Below, piece by piece: positions 10,829-22,597 of a stretch of 64,000 nucleotides of DNA (position 1 is the stretch's first letter; every line of letters starts with the position of its first letter). The notes beneath the pieces were generated by a model that saw only the letters and a program-made list of their open reading frames with translations, had not been told where the DNA came from and did no database searches. This DNA is from Pirellulaceae bacterium (GTDB lineage: Bacteria; Planctomycetota; Planctomycetia; Pirellulales; Pirellulaceae). The position numbers were made by a program, and so were the translations under genes. The DNA lies in contig CAVQPH010000015.1 of the NCBI GenBank assembly GCA_963714685.1, forward strand, positions 46,513 to 110,512, given 5' to 3'.

Positions 10829-12198
10829 TCAAGTTGTCGCTGTTGGATCGTGTTTTTGTTTGGTTTTCATATTTTCGGCGATCAGGAATGCGATCTCCAT
10901 GGCCTGATCGTAATTCAACCGTGGATCGACAGAACTTTTGTAGGCCCGGTCGAGGTCGGTCTCGGCGAGTTGCCCGGATCCGCCGACACATTCGGTGACA
11001 TTATCGCCGGTGAGTTCGAGATGGACGCCACCCATGATTGAGCCCTGCTCGTGGTGGATGGCGAAGCTTTTTTCCAGCTCGTCCGCAATCTTGTCAAAGC
11101 TCCTGGTTTTTACTCCGCTTTTGGTGGAGAAGGTATTGCCATGCATCGGATCGGAGCAAAACAGAACCGGGAGTTCGTGTTCCCTGACGGCATGGATGAG
11201 TACGGGCAGGCGCTCTCTGCATTTGATCTGCACCGAAACGATGAATCAGGGTGATGTGGCCTTTCTCGTTGTCGGGATTCAGGGTCTTGATCAGTTGAAC
11301 CACGTTTTCGGCTTCAAATCCCGGGCCAATCTTGATCCCAATCGGATTGCAGATCCCCTTGAAAGTATTCAACGTGGGCACCATCGAGGTTGCGTGTGCG
11401 ATCACCGATCCAGGGGAAATGGGTGCTGAGATTGTACCAGCCGTCGCGGCGGGGAACCCGTCGAGTCTGGGCTTGCTCGTAACTGAGATGCAGCGCCTCG
11501 TGCGACGTGAAAAACTCAACCGCTTTACTCTGGGAGCTGGAAGCACCGAACAGTGCTTCCATAAAATTCAGGGAGGTGGTGATCGAATCCAGCATCTCAT
11601 GATATTGTTTTGCCCGGGGCGAATCGGTGGCGAAATCGAGATCCCAGTTTTCCGGATGATGCATGTCGGCAAATCCACCGACACTCAGTCCACGGATGAA
11701 GTTCAACGTCAGCGCCGCCCGCTCGTAGCCTCGAAGCAACAGTTCCGGATCAGGTGTCCGCTCGGCTTCGGTGAACCCGGGTCGGTTGACGATGTCGCCT
11801 CGATAGACGGGCAGGCTGACGCCGTCACGCGTTTCGGTATCCGATGATCGCGGTTTGGCATATTGCCCGGCGATTCGCCCGACCCGAATGACTCGTTTCA
11901 TCGAGCCAAACATCAGCACAAAACTCATTTGCATCAGGACTTTCAGGTTCCGGACAATCGAGTCGGTTTCGCAGTCGTGCAGGCTTTCCGAGCAATCCCC
12001 GCCCTGCAACAAAAACGCTTTACCATCGGTCGCCTCCGCCAGTTGATTTTTGAGATTCTCGATTTCCCAACTGGTGACCAGCGGAGGCAATTTGGCCAAT
12101 CTTCGCAACGTATCCTGCAGGTGATCCGTGTCCGGGTAGCTTGGCTGCTGGGTGATCTTTTTATTTCGCCATGAACCAGGCGACCAGTGATTTTGCAT
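10829..12198 (-). CDS. Class II DAHP synthase (3-deoxy-7-phosphoheptulonate synthase); frameshifts at about 11230-11360
   Basis: FLLQGGDCSE, GRIAGQYAKPRS, FFTSHEALHL, WIGDRTR, NPIGIKIGP, SDPMHGNT, GGVHLELTG and DPRLN are spread over three frames. Confidence 0.93.
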
Positions 12199-12515
12199 GG
12201 GTTGAGCAGAAAGGTAGAGGATTGAGATTCCGGGAATACGGCTGGGGACCGTCATTTGATAACGGAAATTTATCGTGTTTGAGCCCAAAGCCTACCTAAT
12301 CATACCGCTTCAAGTCGTTTTTTTCAGGGTGGCCGACGAGGATTGCGTTAAATGGTGCCGATTAATTCGGCGGCTCAGGCAGTGCCTCTGGCTGTGTCAA
12401 ATATTCGAGCGTCTGAGCAGTTTATTAATCACTCGGGGGCGATTAGAATTGAGGGTTGAACGGCGCGGCAGTGCCAGTCATTTCAACCACAACGGCCACT
12501 TTAAGGGACCGACGT

Positions 12516-14997
12516 ATGGATTGTCATTTTGCAAAATTGAGTTGGGGATTTTTTAACAGCTTGCTGATCTGCATTTTGACCGTTGCAATTGGTTCGACGA
12601 TTGTTGCTCAAGATGACGAGGGAACGGCTGACAAGGTGCTTTCGAAGCAAACAGAGGATTCTCCGGCGAGCAGCGAAGCGGCTGACGTTTCGGAGGACCC
12701 GCTGGCCGAAATCCTTGAGGGCCATTCGCTGCACGGCGATGCGTTTAACGAAGGACCCAGGCAACGGGCCTATTTGATGGGTGGAACGGGTAACGTCCAG
12801 TTTCCGGTAACGACCGAATCAAAAACGGTACAGAAATTTATCAACCAGGGCATCGGGCAGTTGCATGGTTTTTGGTATCTCGAAGCCGAACGATCGTTCC
12901 GCCAGGCCGCCGCGATCGACGAGGATTTCGCGATGGCCTATTGGGGAGCCGCCTGGGCAGCCAATTCGGAGGGATCCAGTGGTACCAATCGCAAACGTGC
13001 GCAAGGGTTCATCGCTGAGGCCGTCAAGCGAAAGGACAACATTACCGCGCGGGAAAAACTGTATATCGATGCCTTGGACAAATACCTGAAAGACGAACCG
13101 AAGGAGAAATCCAAACGTGCCGCTGCGTTCCTGAAAGATCTCGAATCGATCGTGATCGCCCATCCTGACGATCTGGAAGCCAAGGCGTTTGTGGCTCATC
13201 GAATTTGGTACAACGCTCGTGAAGGAATTCCAGTGGCCAGTTACCTTGCCACGCAAGCCTTATTGGATGAGATTTTTGAGGTGGAGCCGTTGCATCCGGC
13301 GCACCATTACCAAATTCACCTGTGGGATCAACGTCATCCTGAAAACGCGGTTACCTCGGCAGCCCGCGGCGGCATCTCGGCTCCCAGCATTGCTCATATG
13401 TGGCACATGCCGGGCCATATCTACTCTCGCTTGAAACGTTACGAAGATGCCATCTATCAACAGGAAGCCTCCGCCCGCGTCGACCATTCCCAAATGATGC
13501 GGGACCAGGTGATGCCGGATGAAATCAATAATTTTGCCCACAACAATGAATGGCTGATTCGCAATCTGTCGTTTGTCGGCTCGCGCCAATGACGCACTGG
13601 ACCTTGCGAAAAACATGGTCGAGTTGCCTCGGCACCCCCGCTACAACACGTTGACCAAACGCAACGGCAGCGCCAGTTATGGTCGCCGTCGGTTGTTGCA
13701 GGTCTTGCGAGAATTCGAATTGTTCGAAGACGCGATCGAGCTTTGCCAGTCCCACTATTTAGATACCCCCGATGTACCCGAAGACGAACGGGTCAAGGCA
13801 CTCCGGTTGCTGGGCTGTTCGGCTGCACTGCTGGAAGAATCGGACACGCTGGAACTGGCCGAAGTCCAACTGCGGGCTCTGCTGGACGAGAAAAACGAAA
13901 CGAAATCTACACTGGAAACGGAGATTGCCCAGCTGGATGTCGCGCTGGACAAGGGGAAAGACAAACCGCCAGTTGCCAAGACCGTGAAAATCGACGAGAA
14001 GAAAGCGAAACTTCAGCTGAAGGAAAAGAAAGAAGAAGTCACCAAGCTCAAATCACTGATTGGGCAGATTGAGAAAGCCCAATTGGCCATTGAGGCTTAC
14101 GGCCTGGTTGCGGTCCAGGAATATGCCGAGGCACATGCCAAACTTGAGAAAGCGACCGGCGAAGATGTCAGTTGGTTGGGTGAGCTTCAGTTTCTCGGAG
14201 GCGATTTTGACAAAGGCCTGGAGACGGTTTCCAAACAGGTCGACCGGCGACCCCAGGAGGTAATCCCGTTGGCTCGGCTGGCGTTCCTGCAGTATCAAAA
14301 TGGCGATGTCGACGACGCCATCGAGACGATGGAGAAATTGCGTGACACCTCCAGTTGCATGGATCTTGAATTGCCGATGTTTGCACGTTTGAGCGATCTG
14401 GCGGACGAGATGAAACTGGCTGCCGATTGGCGGAAGCCGTATTTGCCACCGACGGATTTGGGTTATCGTCCCGAGCTGGATTCGCTGGGACCGTTTCGAT
14501 GGTCACCCCCCAAAGCACCGTCCTGGTCGCTTACCGATGCCAATTTGCAATCGGCTGGCAGTAGCGAATATCGTGGCCAGCCGCACTTGGTTATCTTTTA
14601 CCTGGGACACGGTTGTCTGCATTGTGCCGAGCAACTGCAGAAATTTGCTCCGCGCGTCAAAGATTTTGAAGCGGCCGGGATCAAAATGATTGCCATCAGC
14701 AGTGATGACCGGGCTGGATTGCAGAAGTCCATCGAAGCCTTCAACGGTGACATGCCGATCCGTTTGGCATCCGATGAAAGCCTGGAAATTTTCAAGAAGT
14801 TCCGCGCCCACGACGATTTCGAGCAGCAACCATTGCATGGAACTTTCCTGGTCGATGGGGCCGGTCGGATCCGCTGGCAGGATATCGGTTACGAACCCTT
14901 TATGGACGACGAATTCCTGATGGGCGAAGCCCAGCGATTATTGGCCGACGAATTGCCGCCCCAAAAAGCCAACGCGATTGACGTGTCCAAGAAATAG
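12516..14997 (+). CDS. Secreted TPR-like/His-rich protein with C-terminal redoxin (AhpC/TSA-like, CxxC) domain; one frameshift near 13580
   Basis: Signal peptide; QLHGFWYLEAERSFRQAA, HPAHHYQIHLWD, HMWHMPGHIY; C-terminal FYLGHGCLHCAEQL...HGTFLVDGAGRIRW. Confidence 0.75.
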
Positions 14998-15401
14998 GCA
15001 ATTGGCGATCACGTCGCTTGGAAAAGAACCGTTGGGAAAAGAACCAGCTGGTTTGAAACAGGCAGTCCTTCCGGCGGTTTCCGCAGGAGGGAACTGCGTC
15101 AACGGAGGAGGGACCTTGCGGAGGAAGGATCTCGTTGATTCAGCCAACCGTTGTGGAGCCAACGAGCAAGTTCGGTGCCAGCTGCAAGCCGAGATTTTTG
15201 TGCAGTTTGATTACCGACCCGACAACAAGATGCGTCCGTGTAGAAACTTTTGAGCACCGCGTTTGCAGCTTCACGCTGTGCAGAAAACAGACAAACCAAA
15301 ACAGCTCTGCTCGGTCGTCTCCGGTTTACGCGTTGTCGGCCGCCGGAGTTCCGGTTTTGGGCTGGCTGGCTCCGTGTGTTACAACGCCTGACAACCGAAC
15401 T

Positions 15402-16196
15402 TCAAAAGCCAACGACCAACGCCAGTCCGTATTCCAGATCATTTGAATTATTTCCGGGTGGCGGCGTGCTGTCGTAGCGATCGATCGCGAAGATTCGGAA
15501 ATTGATATTCCGTGTGGCGTCCAACAGAAAATCCACGCCGGTGTTGGTGTTGAGTCGAAAATCGCCGAAGTCAGAAATATTGGGATAGTAGTCCAGCGAA
15601 GCGTAGAGCCTGGTCGTTTCGGTGATCTTTTTCTCCCAATCACTACCGAGTTGCAATTCCGGGCTCCAATCGTTGTTGGCACTGCCAACCTCTCTCGAGG
15701 CACCTGTACCGAGGCGAAGTTTCAGGAAACCGCCCTCGAATTCGAACGCTTTGTACGACAGACCGGTATGCAAGGCGATGCGAAGATCGAAATCTTTAAA
15801 GCGATCGGTTTCAAAACCGGCTTGGTTGAACCAACTCAGCCGAGGGTTCGACAATTTTCGTTCTCGGCGACCTTGGCCAAAAAAGCGGTCGGTGGTCGTC
15901 GTATCCGCATTGGCCGAATAAAAATAGTTTGCCAATAGATTCGTCGTAGCGGCATCGGTTTCCTTGGTCAGGTTCACCGACAGCGTCATGTCGAGGTTGT
16001 CACTGTTACCCGTTTTGGCATTCAATCCCGCTGCGATCGAGCCCGTCCAGGGCGTGGCCTCCGGGGCGTCGGCGATCTCGCCTTCGGCCAAGGCAAAATC
16101 CAACTGACCCGCGACATGGCGGGGAAGGGCAATGAGGATCAGCAACAACAGGACAGGCGAGATCAGGCAGGCAGTTTTAACGCGGACTTGGGACAC
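15402..16196 (-). CDS. DUF481 family outer-membrane beta-barrel protein
   Basis: Signal peptide, W.GS..AGL....GNS, amphipathic strands, D.YDSTP and a terminal aromatic residue (LVVGF). Confidence 0.8.
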   Translation of the reverse strand: MSQVRVKTACLISPVLLLLILIALPRHVAGQLDFALAEGEIADAPEATPWTGSIAAGLNAKTGNSDNLDMTLSVNLTKETDAATTNLLANYFYSANADTTTTDRFFGQGRRERKLSNPRLSWFNQAGFETDRFKDFDLRIALHTGLSYKAFEFEGGFLKLRLGTGASREVGSANNDWSPELQLGSDWEKKITETTRLYASLDYYPNISDFGDFRLNTNTGVDFLLDATRNINFRIFAIDRYDSTPPPGNNSNDLEYGLALVVGF

Positions 16197-16412
16197 CGAT
16201 GGCTCCGAAAAGAAAACTGAGGAAAGCGGAGGATAAAGTCAGATCCGGATTTTGCCAAGCGAAGTTGGTGTGGATGCTGGCATGAATTTTTTTTCAATGA
16301 CCATCCCGCAACAAGAATCGCTTTTATCCAGCTTTCCTGATAAATTTTGGTGGAAATCAAACTTCGCGCCACAGCCCCGTTACCGTCAAACCGGTAGGAA
16401 ATCGTCCCCATC

Positions 16413-17036
16413 GTGACAACCATTATTGCCATCGCGGGTGCGTCAGGAGCCGGGAAAAGCTTGTTCGCCAATCAGCTTCACGAGCGATTGCGGCAAACTC
16501 GAACCCGGGATGATGTCGCTATTCTTCACGAAGATGCCTATTACCGGCGTCGCGACGATTTAACCTTTGCGGAGCGACAGACGATCAACTACGACCATCC
16601 GGACGCCATCGACCATGAACTGCTGGCCCGGCAGCTGGCCCAGTTAAGAAATGGCCAATCCGTCGAAGTACCTCGTTACGACTATTCGACTCACAATCGG
16701 GTTCCGGAAACCGATCGTTTGGAGCCGGCACGCATTTTGATCGTGGAGGGGATTTTAATTTTGCACTTGGCGGATCTCCGGGATCTACTGGATCTGAAAG
16801 TCTATGTGGATGTACCGCTGGATGTTTGCCTGTCCCGTCGACTTCGGCGTGACGTGGAAGAGCGTGGCAGGAGTTTTGACTCGGTTTTGACTCAGTACCA
16901 CAACACGGTTCGGCCGATGTTTTTTGAGTTTATTGAGCCGAGCAAACGCCACGCCGATTTAATCGTTCCCCGAGGTGGGGACAACGAACATGCAATTAAT
17001 GTGCTATCCAATCATCTCAGTTGTCTGTTGCCATGA
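16413..17036 (+). CDS. udk: Uridine kinase
   Basis: IAGASGAGKS P-loop, INYDHPDA, VEGIL, RRLRRDVEERGRS, FIEPSKRHADLIVP. Confidence 0.95.
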   Translation: MTTIIAIAGASGAGKSLFANQLHERLRQTRTRDDVAILHEDAYYRRRDDLTFAERQTINYDHPDAIDHELLARQLAQLRNGQSVEVPRYDYSTHNRVPETDRLEPARILIVEGILILHLADLRDLLDLKVYVDVPLDVCLSRRLRRDVEERGRSFDSVLTQYHNTVRPMFFEFIEPSKRHADLIVPRGGDNEHAINVLSNHLSCLLP

Positions 17037-17800
17037 AAATTGAGTCCGAACTCAACCTCGACCCGAAAAAAATTGTGGACACCGTCGGCCGTCTGGAAGA
17101 ACGGATTGGTGAGCGGTTCCCTGATTCAGGGTTACGCGGTGTCTGTTGGCAACTCCATGAAATTTCAAAGCACATGATTGAGCGGGCCGAGTGGATTGGC
17201 CGGCCCGTAATGAAGCTGCGTGTCGTGACCTGGGGTATCTGTGTATTGATTTTGTTGGTCACGATCCTGCCGTTCTATTACTTGCTGGGATCCGATGAAA
17301 CGCTCAACCTCGGTGCCCCCGAAGGCGGTGTGGCCGGATTTATTCAGTTGATGGAATCCGCCATCAACGACGTGGTCCTGATCGGTGCTGCGATTTTTTT
17401 CTTTTTAACGATCGAAACCCGGTACAAACGGGAACGGGCATTGAAAGCCATGCATGAGTTGCGGACGATTGCCCACATTATCGACATGCATCAATTGACC
17501 AAGGACCCGCACCGAATTTTGCGCAAACGTATTTACCAGTCGACCGATTTGTCGCCCAAGTTGGAGTTGACTCCGTTTCTGTTGAGGCGATATTTGGATT
17601 ATTGCAGTGAGATGTTGGCATTGACTGGAAAAATTGCGGCCGTGTACGTGCAGGAATTCGACGATCCGGTCGCGATGGCATCGGCTTCGGAATTGGAAAC
17701 CCTGACCGCTGGCTTGTCCAGCAAGATCTGGCAGAAAATTTCCATCCTCGATACAACCAGCGAATCCGATCCTCCAATCCAGAAGATCAATTCGATCTAG
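17033..17800 (+). CDS. Conserved hypothetical membrane protein (2 TM)
   Basis: ATGA overlap with the udk stop; two hydrophobic helices; HELRTIAHIIDMHQLTKDP and YLDYCSEML blocks. Confidence 0.7.
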   Translation: MKIESELNLDPKKIVDTVGRLEERIGERFPDSGLRGVCWQLHEISKHMIERAEWIGRPVMKLRVVTWGICVLILLVTILPFYYLLGSDETLNLGAPEGGVAGFIQLMESAINDVVLIGAAIFFFLTIETRYKRERALKAMHELRTIAHIIDMHQLTKDPHRILRKRIYQSTDLSPKLELTPFLLRRYLDYCSEMLALTGKIAAVYVQEFDDPVAMASASELETLTAGLSSKIWQKISILDTTSESDPPIQKINSI

Positions 17801-17920
17801 TCGCTTCAAGCCTTTTGTTTTGGAGGCGATTTCACCGGGGCTTAGCAGCCCGGTTGTAGTTGTGCCAGCCGTCTCGGACTTGTTCCTCGGACCGTCGCAG
17901 ACCAGTTTTGGCGCTTCGAA

Positions 17921-18508
17921 CTACTCGCGAATCCCTTCGAAGCTGAACGTAATGGAAACCTTATCGCCGACCTGCCCTTGTAGCGCTGTCATTCCAAAGT
18001 CGCTTCGCTGGATCGTAAATTTTGTGAAAAAACCGGCGCAGTCTTTTCCGAACGGTCCCTTTCCAATCCCGACCAGCGTCATCGGCAACATCACGGTTCG
18101 CGTTTGTCCGCGGATCGTCAAATCACCAGTAACCTGGTATTCACCTTCGACTTGCACTACTTCGATCGTCTCGAAAGTGATTTCTGGAAATTGATCGGCA
18201 TCAAAGAACTCGGGGCCTTTCAAGTGCTTGTCTCGGTCCGCCTGATTCGTATCAATGCTGTTGGTTTTTAACTGGAATTGAAATCCGGCGTCGGTCAGTT
18301 GACTATCGGCTAACTGGAATGAGCCGCTGATTTCATTGAATCTTCCATAGGTGTAGCTCAAACCAAAATGGCTGATGGCGAATACCAGCGAGGCATGTGA
18401 GTTGTCGATTTTGTAGGTCGCAGCTTGATTGTCCTGAGCTGCCAGAGGTTGACAAAGCAGGCAGAGAATCAAGGGCAGGAGAGCTTGCTTTGAATTCTGG
18501 ATTTTCAT
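17921..18508 (-). CDS. YceI family polyisoprenoid-binding protein
   Basis: YKIDNSHASLVFAISHFGLS..GRF, SIDTNQADRDKHLK..FFD, signal peptide. Confidence 0.92.
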   Translation of the reverse strand: MKIQNSKQALLPLILCLLCQPLAAQDNQAATYKIDNSHASLVFAISHFGLSYTYGRFNEISGSFQLADSQLTDAGFQFQLKTNSIDTNQADRDKHLKGPEFFDADQFPEITFETIEVVQVEGEYQVTGDLTIRGQTRTVMLPMTLVGIGKGPFGKDCAGFFTKFTIQRSDFGMTALQGQVGDKVSITFSFEGIRE

Positions 18509-18782
18509 GAAATGCCTCTGTTGGGGATAGCTTAAAGGGTGAAAAACCTATTGTCGTGCACAGGCTAAATTGAAACTCAACGAACCCGGAATGTTGAACA
18601 GGTTAGGATCTTAACACGAAAACGACACGAATCATCAAGGTGGATGATCGAAGCAAGTGCGAAAAAGCTCTCGCGGACCAGCCATGTTAAGCACCGGAGT
18701 TTGGGATTATATTGGAGTCTGACCGGAGAAACGACTGGTTACGAAGATGCAGTCTCCTTGAACAGAGTCCAATGGTGCCGAC

Positions 18783-20903
18783 ATGAAGATCCTTCAAGCG
18801 TCCTGGAATGCAATTCCAGTTTTATTATTAACGATCGTGATGGGGCTGTGGATGAATACGGACTTGCCCGCACAAACAGATGCTCCCAAACGCTTGACTC
18901 CCGAATTGCTCTGGAAAATGGGGCGGCTGGGCGAATCGGCCGCGTCGGCTGATGGAAATCAGGTGGCCTTTGCCGTCCGACGTTATGACCTGGCGGAAAA
19001 CAAAGGGCGATCTTCGTTGTATCTGCTTGATTTGAATTCCGGCGAGCAATCGACGCTGCTGGACAATTGGAAATCTGTCGGTGACTTGCAGTGGATCAAG
19101 AATTCGACGGGGGAGCAGCTGTACTTTTCCGGCGCTCCGTTTCCCGAAGATCAGGAACAAGAATCCCCCAAGTCTCAAGCGTTCACCATTGATCTTGAAA
19201 CGAAGGCGACCAGGCAAATCACTTTCGAGCAGGACGGGATTTCCAACCTCAAGGTTGCGCCGACGGGAGACAAACTTGCCTTTACCGTCGATGTCAAATT
19301 GGACCCAAAGCCAGACGAACTCTACCCGGATCTGCCGAAAGCTGACGCGCGAATCATCAATGGATTAATGTATCGGCATTGGGATGCCTGGCACGATTAC
19401 GCTTATAGTCACGTGCACGTTGCGGAACTCAATGAACAGGGGGTGGCGGGCAAATCGCGTGATCTGATGGAAGGCATCAAGGCCGATTGTCCGGTCCCGC
19501 CGTTTGGTGGGGCGGAGCAATTCAATTGGTCACCCGACGGCAAGCAACTTGCATTCACGATGAAGAATGTGGATCAGTGGGAGCGATCCACCAACAGCAA
19601 CGTCTATCTGGTTCCGGCCGATGGGAGTGCGGAAGCGAAAGATATTACCGTTTCGAATTTGGGCTACGATAACAATCCAACTTTCTCACCTGACGGGAAA
19701 TATCTGGCTTACCAGTCGATGGAGCGACCGGGATTCGAATCGGATCGCAATCGAATCATGATTTTTGATCGCCAATCTGGGCGGAGTTGGGATTTAACTG
19801 AGGGTCTGGATCAAAATGCCAATCACCCGGTCTGGTTACCTGATTCATCCGGTGTGATTTTTGCCTCCGAACGTCGCGGCACCAACCAGTTGTTTAAACT
19901 GGAACTCAAAAACCGTAGCCTCGCGCAGATCAGTGATGGTCGATACAACTGGGATCCCGTCGCGGTGATGCCTGATCAAAATTCTCTGTTGGCAACGCGG
20001 CAGGACATGATCCGGCCGAGCGAACTGACGGTCCTTTCGATCGCCGATGGGTCAAGCAAGGTTGTTACCGGTATCAACGACGAGATCTACGAAGGTTTGG
20101 AGTTGCCCACCATCGAAGAGCGGTGGGTCGAGGCGACCGATGGGGAGAAAATCCACTGTTGGGTGATTCACCCACCGGAGTTCGACGCGGCCTCCGACAA
20201 GAAATGGCCCATGTTGACGTATTGCCAAGGCGGCCCCCAGGGACAAATTGGTCAATGGTTTTCTTTTCGATGGAATTTTCATTTGATGGCCTCCGAGGGA
20301 TACGTGGTCCTGGCTCCCAATCGACGAGGCTTGCCAGGATTTGGACGCCAATGGAACGATGTGATCAGTGGTGATTGGGGCGGTCAAGCGATGCGTGACC
20401 TGCTTTCGACAACCGACGAGATGCTGAACGAACCCTACATTGACCCGGATCGGGTCGCCGCGGTCGGTGCCAGTTTTGGTGGGTATTCGGTTTACTGGTT
20501 GATGGGAAATGCGCAGGACCGATTCAGCGCGATGATTGCTCATTGCGGTGTGTTTAATCTTGAATCCATGTACGGGTCGACAGAAGAACTGTTTTTTGTT
20601 AACTGGGATTTGGGTGGGCCCTATTGGAAGTCAGACGATATCTTTAAAAAGTATCAGCAGTTTTCTCCTCACCGATTCGTTGGAAACTGGAAGACGCCGT
20701 TGTTGGTTATCCACGGCCAGAAAGATTTTCGCGTTCCGGTAACGCAGGGCATGGAGGCGTTTACCGCGGCCCAGGTCCAGGGAGTTCCTTCCCGTTTTTT
20801 GTATTTTCCCGAAGAGGGGCATTGGGTCAATTCGCCCCAGAACAGCGTGCTATGGCAACGCGTGTTTTTTGACTGGTTGGATCGCTACTGCAAATCGAAG
20901 TAA
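18783..20903 (+). CDS. S9 family peptidase (prolyl oligopeptidase/acylaminoacyl-peptidase-like)
   Basis: Signal peptide, PD40-type repeats (WSPDG, FSPDG), catalytic GASFGG, DFRVP and EGHW. Confidence 0.93.
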   Translation: MKILQASWNAIPVLLLTIVMGLWMNTDLPAQTDAPKRLTPELLWKMGRLGESAASADGNQVAFAVRRYDLAENKGRSSLYLLDLNSGEQSTLLDNWKSVGDLQWIKNSTGEQLYFSGAPFPEDQEQESPKSQAFTIDLETKATRQITFEQDGISNLKVAPTGDKLAFTVDVKLDPKPDELYPDLPKADARIINGLMYRHWDAWHDYAYSHVHVAELNEQGVAGKSRDLMEGIKADCPVPPFGGAEQFNWSPDGKQLAFTMKNVDQWERSTNSNVYLVPADGSAEAKDITVSNLGYDNNPTFSPDGKYLAYQSMERPGFESDRNRIMIFDRQSGRSWDLTEGLDQNANHPVWLPDSSGVIFASERRGTNQLFKLELKNRSLAQISDGRYNWDPVAVMPDQNSLLATRQDMIRPSELTVLSIADGSSKVVTGINDEIYEGLELPTIEERWVEATDGEKIHCWVIHPPEFDAASDKKWPMLTYCQGGPQGQIGQWFSFRWNFHLMASEGYVVLAPNRRGLPGFGRQWNDVISGDWGGQAMRDLLSTTDEMLNEPYIDPDRVAAVGASFGGYSVYWLMGNAQDRFSAMIAHCGVFNLESMYGSTEELFFVNWDLGGPYWKSDDIFKKYQQFSPHRFVGNWKTPLLVIHGQKDFRVPVTQGMEAFTAAQVQGVPSRFLYFPEEGHWVNSPQNSVLWQRVFFDWLDRYCKSK

Positions 20904-20933
20904 GCCAGTCCGACGCAATTCGAGAGTGTAATC

Positions 20934-21704
20934 ATGAATGGGCGGTTGTTTCGGTCGTGTTGCTCGATCGGGTTCGTGCTGCCTCTGATTGTGGTAGGGT
21001 TTTCATCGAGCGTCCGTTCGATGGGTGATGTTCCGTCGGCGCTCGAGTTGTCTTCCGAGCGCACACGCAATGTTCAAGAGTCGGAAGACGGTACGCAGAG
21101 CCTGCCGACTGCACCGCGAGACAAGACCGCCGATGAAGCTTTGCTCGCTTCCTATCAGCGGCGGGCAGATGTCAAGCAATCGGAGTACGCGCGGATTCGA
21201 AAGCTGGCCATGTCTGGATCGGTCAGCCAATACCGACTGCGGCGTGCCAAATTGGAATCCGAACGAGCCCAATTGGAATTGTTCTCGATCCGTCATCCGG
21301 ATCGACAGGATCAGACGGAACTGGCGCTTACCGAGCTGCAGTACCGATACGCGGAGACCGAACTGGCGGTCGTTGAAAAGCTGTTTGAACGCGGTTCGGT
21401 TTCTCGGCTGGAATTTGAGCGAACCCAGTCGGCGTTTGACATTGCCAAATTAAATTTGGAAGTGGCGCGAAATTCGGGATCGAGAAATTTGTTGGACGTG
21501 CGAATTGCTGAGCGCAAACTGGAATTGGTCGAGCAGGAATTTGACATGGTCACAGAGTTGCTCAAATCCAAATCCGTCAGCCAGTCGACATTCGACCGGG
21601 TAAAACAACGATTACAATGGGCACGCAGCGAGGTGGACCTGGCCAAGCAGTCCCTCGGTGTGATCGTCAAGCAAATTAAACCCCAACAACCCGATCGCAA
21701 ATAA
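20934..21704 (+). CDS. Secreted coiled-coil protein with three MFP-like alpha-hairpin tip motifs
   Basis: Signal-like N-terminus; repeats RIRKLAMSGSVSQYRL, VEKLFERGSVSRLEF and VTELLKSKSVSQSTF. Confidence 0.6.
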   Translation: MNGRLFRSCCSIGFVLPLIVVGFSSSVRSMGDVPSALELSSERTRNVQESEDGTQSLPTAPRDKTADEALLASYQRRADVKQSEYARIRKLAMSGSVSQYRLRRAKLESERAQLELFSIRHPDRQDQTELALTELQYRYAETELAVVEKLFERGSVSRLEFERTQSAFDIAKLNLEVARNSGSRNLLDVRIAERKLELVEQEFDMVTELLKSKSVSQSTFDRVKQRLQWARSEVDLAKQSLGVIVKQIKPQQPDRK

Positions 21705-21730
21705 ATAGAGTGGCGCCGAGCGTACCCTAT

Positions 21731-22493
21731 ACCGAAACAAGGCAGCGTCGGAATTGAGTAGGCCGAACCGAGCGTAGCGCCAGTTCCGGCAGACCGCGCA
21801 ACGCCCCACAATCCACCGCCGCAGTCAAAAACCAGTCGAACAAACGGCATTTAACGCTAAAAACCGGCGAAGCCGAAAAACGGCCGCGTCCATCGATCGA
21901 ACCTGCCTCGAAGCCGACCCGAACCTACCGTGAACCGACCGGAACCCGACCCGACCGGAACCCGACGGAACCCGACCGGAACCCGACCCGTCCCCGACCC
22001 CGACCCCGAACCCGAACCGACCCGAACCCGAACGACCCCGAACCCGATTCGAACGTGCCACCGACGGGCCAAGCCGGAACTGCGTCGTGACCTCCTTGTT
22101 CCGGCCTACACGGCTGCATCCGCAACCCGAAACCGAAACCAAGCGCAGCGTCGGAATTGAGTAGGCCGGAACCGAGCGCACGGCCAGTTCCGGCAGACCG
22201 CGCAACGCCCCACAATCCACCGCCGCAGTCAAAAGCCAGTCGAACAAACCAGCATTTAACGCTCAAAAACCGGGCGAAGCCGAAAAACGGCCGCGTCCAT
22301 CGATCGAACCTGCCTCGAAGCCGACCCGAACCTGCCGTGAACCGACCGGAACCCGACCCGAACCTACTCGAACCCGATTCGATTCGAATCTGCCCCGAGC
22401 CGACCCCGAACCCGATTCGAACGTGCCACCGACGGGCCAAGCCGGAACTGCGTCGTGACCTCCTTGTTCCGGCCTACATGGCTTGTTCCGGCC
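21731..22493. repeat. Tandem array (period ~403 bp, 2 copies) of inverted GTAG-family REP doublets (REPIN/BIME-like)
   Basis: GTAGGCCG(G)AACCGAGCG...CAGTTCCGGCA at 21758 and 22161. Inverted GCCGGAACTGCGTCGTGACCTCCTTGTTCCGGCCTAC at 22073-22109 and 22441-22477. Spacers are near-identical apart from a variable CCCGA(A/C) microsatellite. Confidence 0.85.
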
Positions 22494-22597
22494 GCCATGG
22501 GCCGCGGCGGAAAATCGGAAATTATCGTCCGCTTTGACCAAACGTGTCCGGCTTGCTCACGATACTTGGGGTGTCCTTTAACCTTCAGGAATTATCC

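Noticed and set aside
7821-14997. Selenocysteine UGA read-through near the SenB-like gene, for example in the redoxin
   Set aside because: The redoxin has CLHC, and the breaks are frame changes rather than in-frame UGA codons.
15020-15100. GGAAAAGAACC direct repeat and imperfect hairpin between convergent genes
   Set aside because: Only two short copies and a mismatched stem; possibly a terminator, but too weak to call.
21825-22541. GSGR/PEPD-rich ORFs
   Set aside because: They are translations of the REP spacer microsatellite on both strands.
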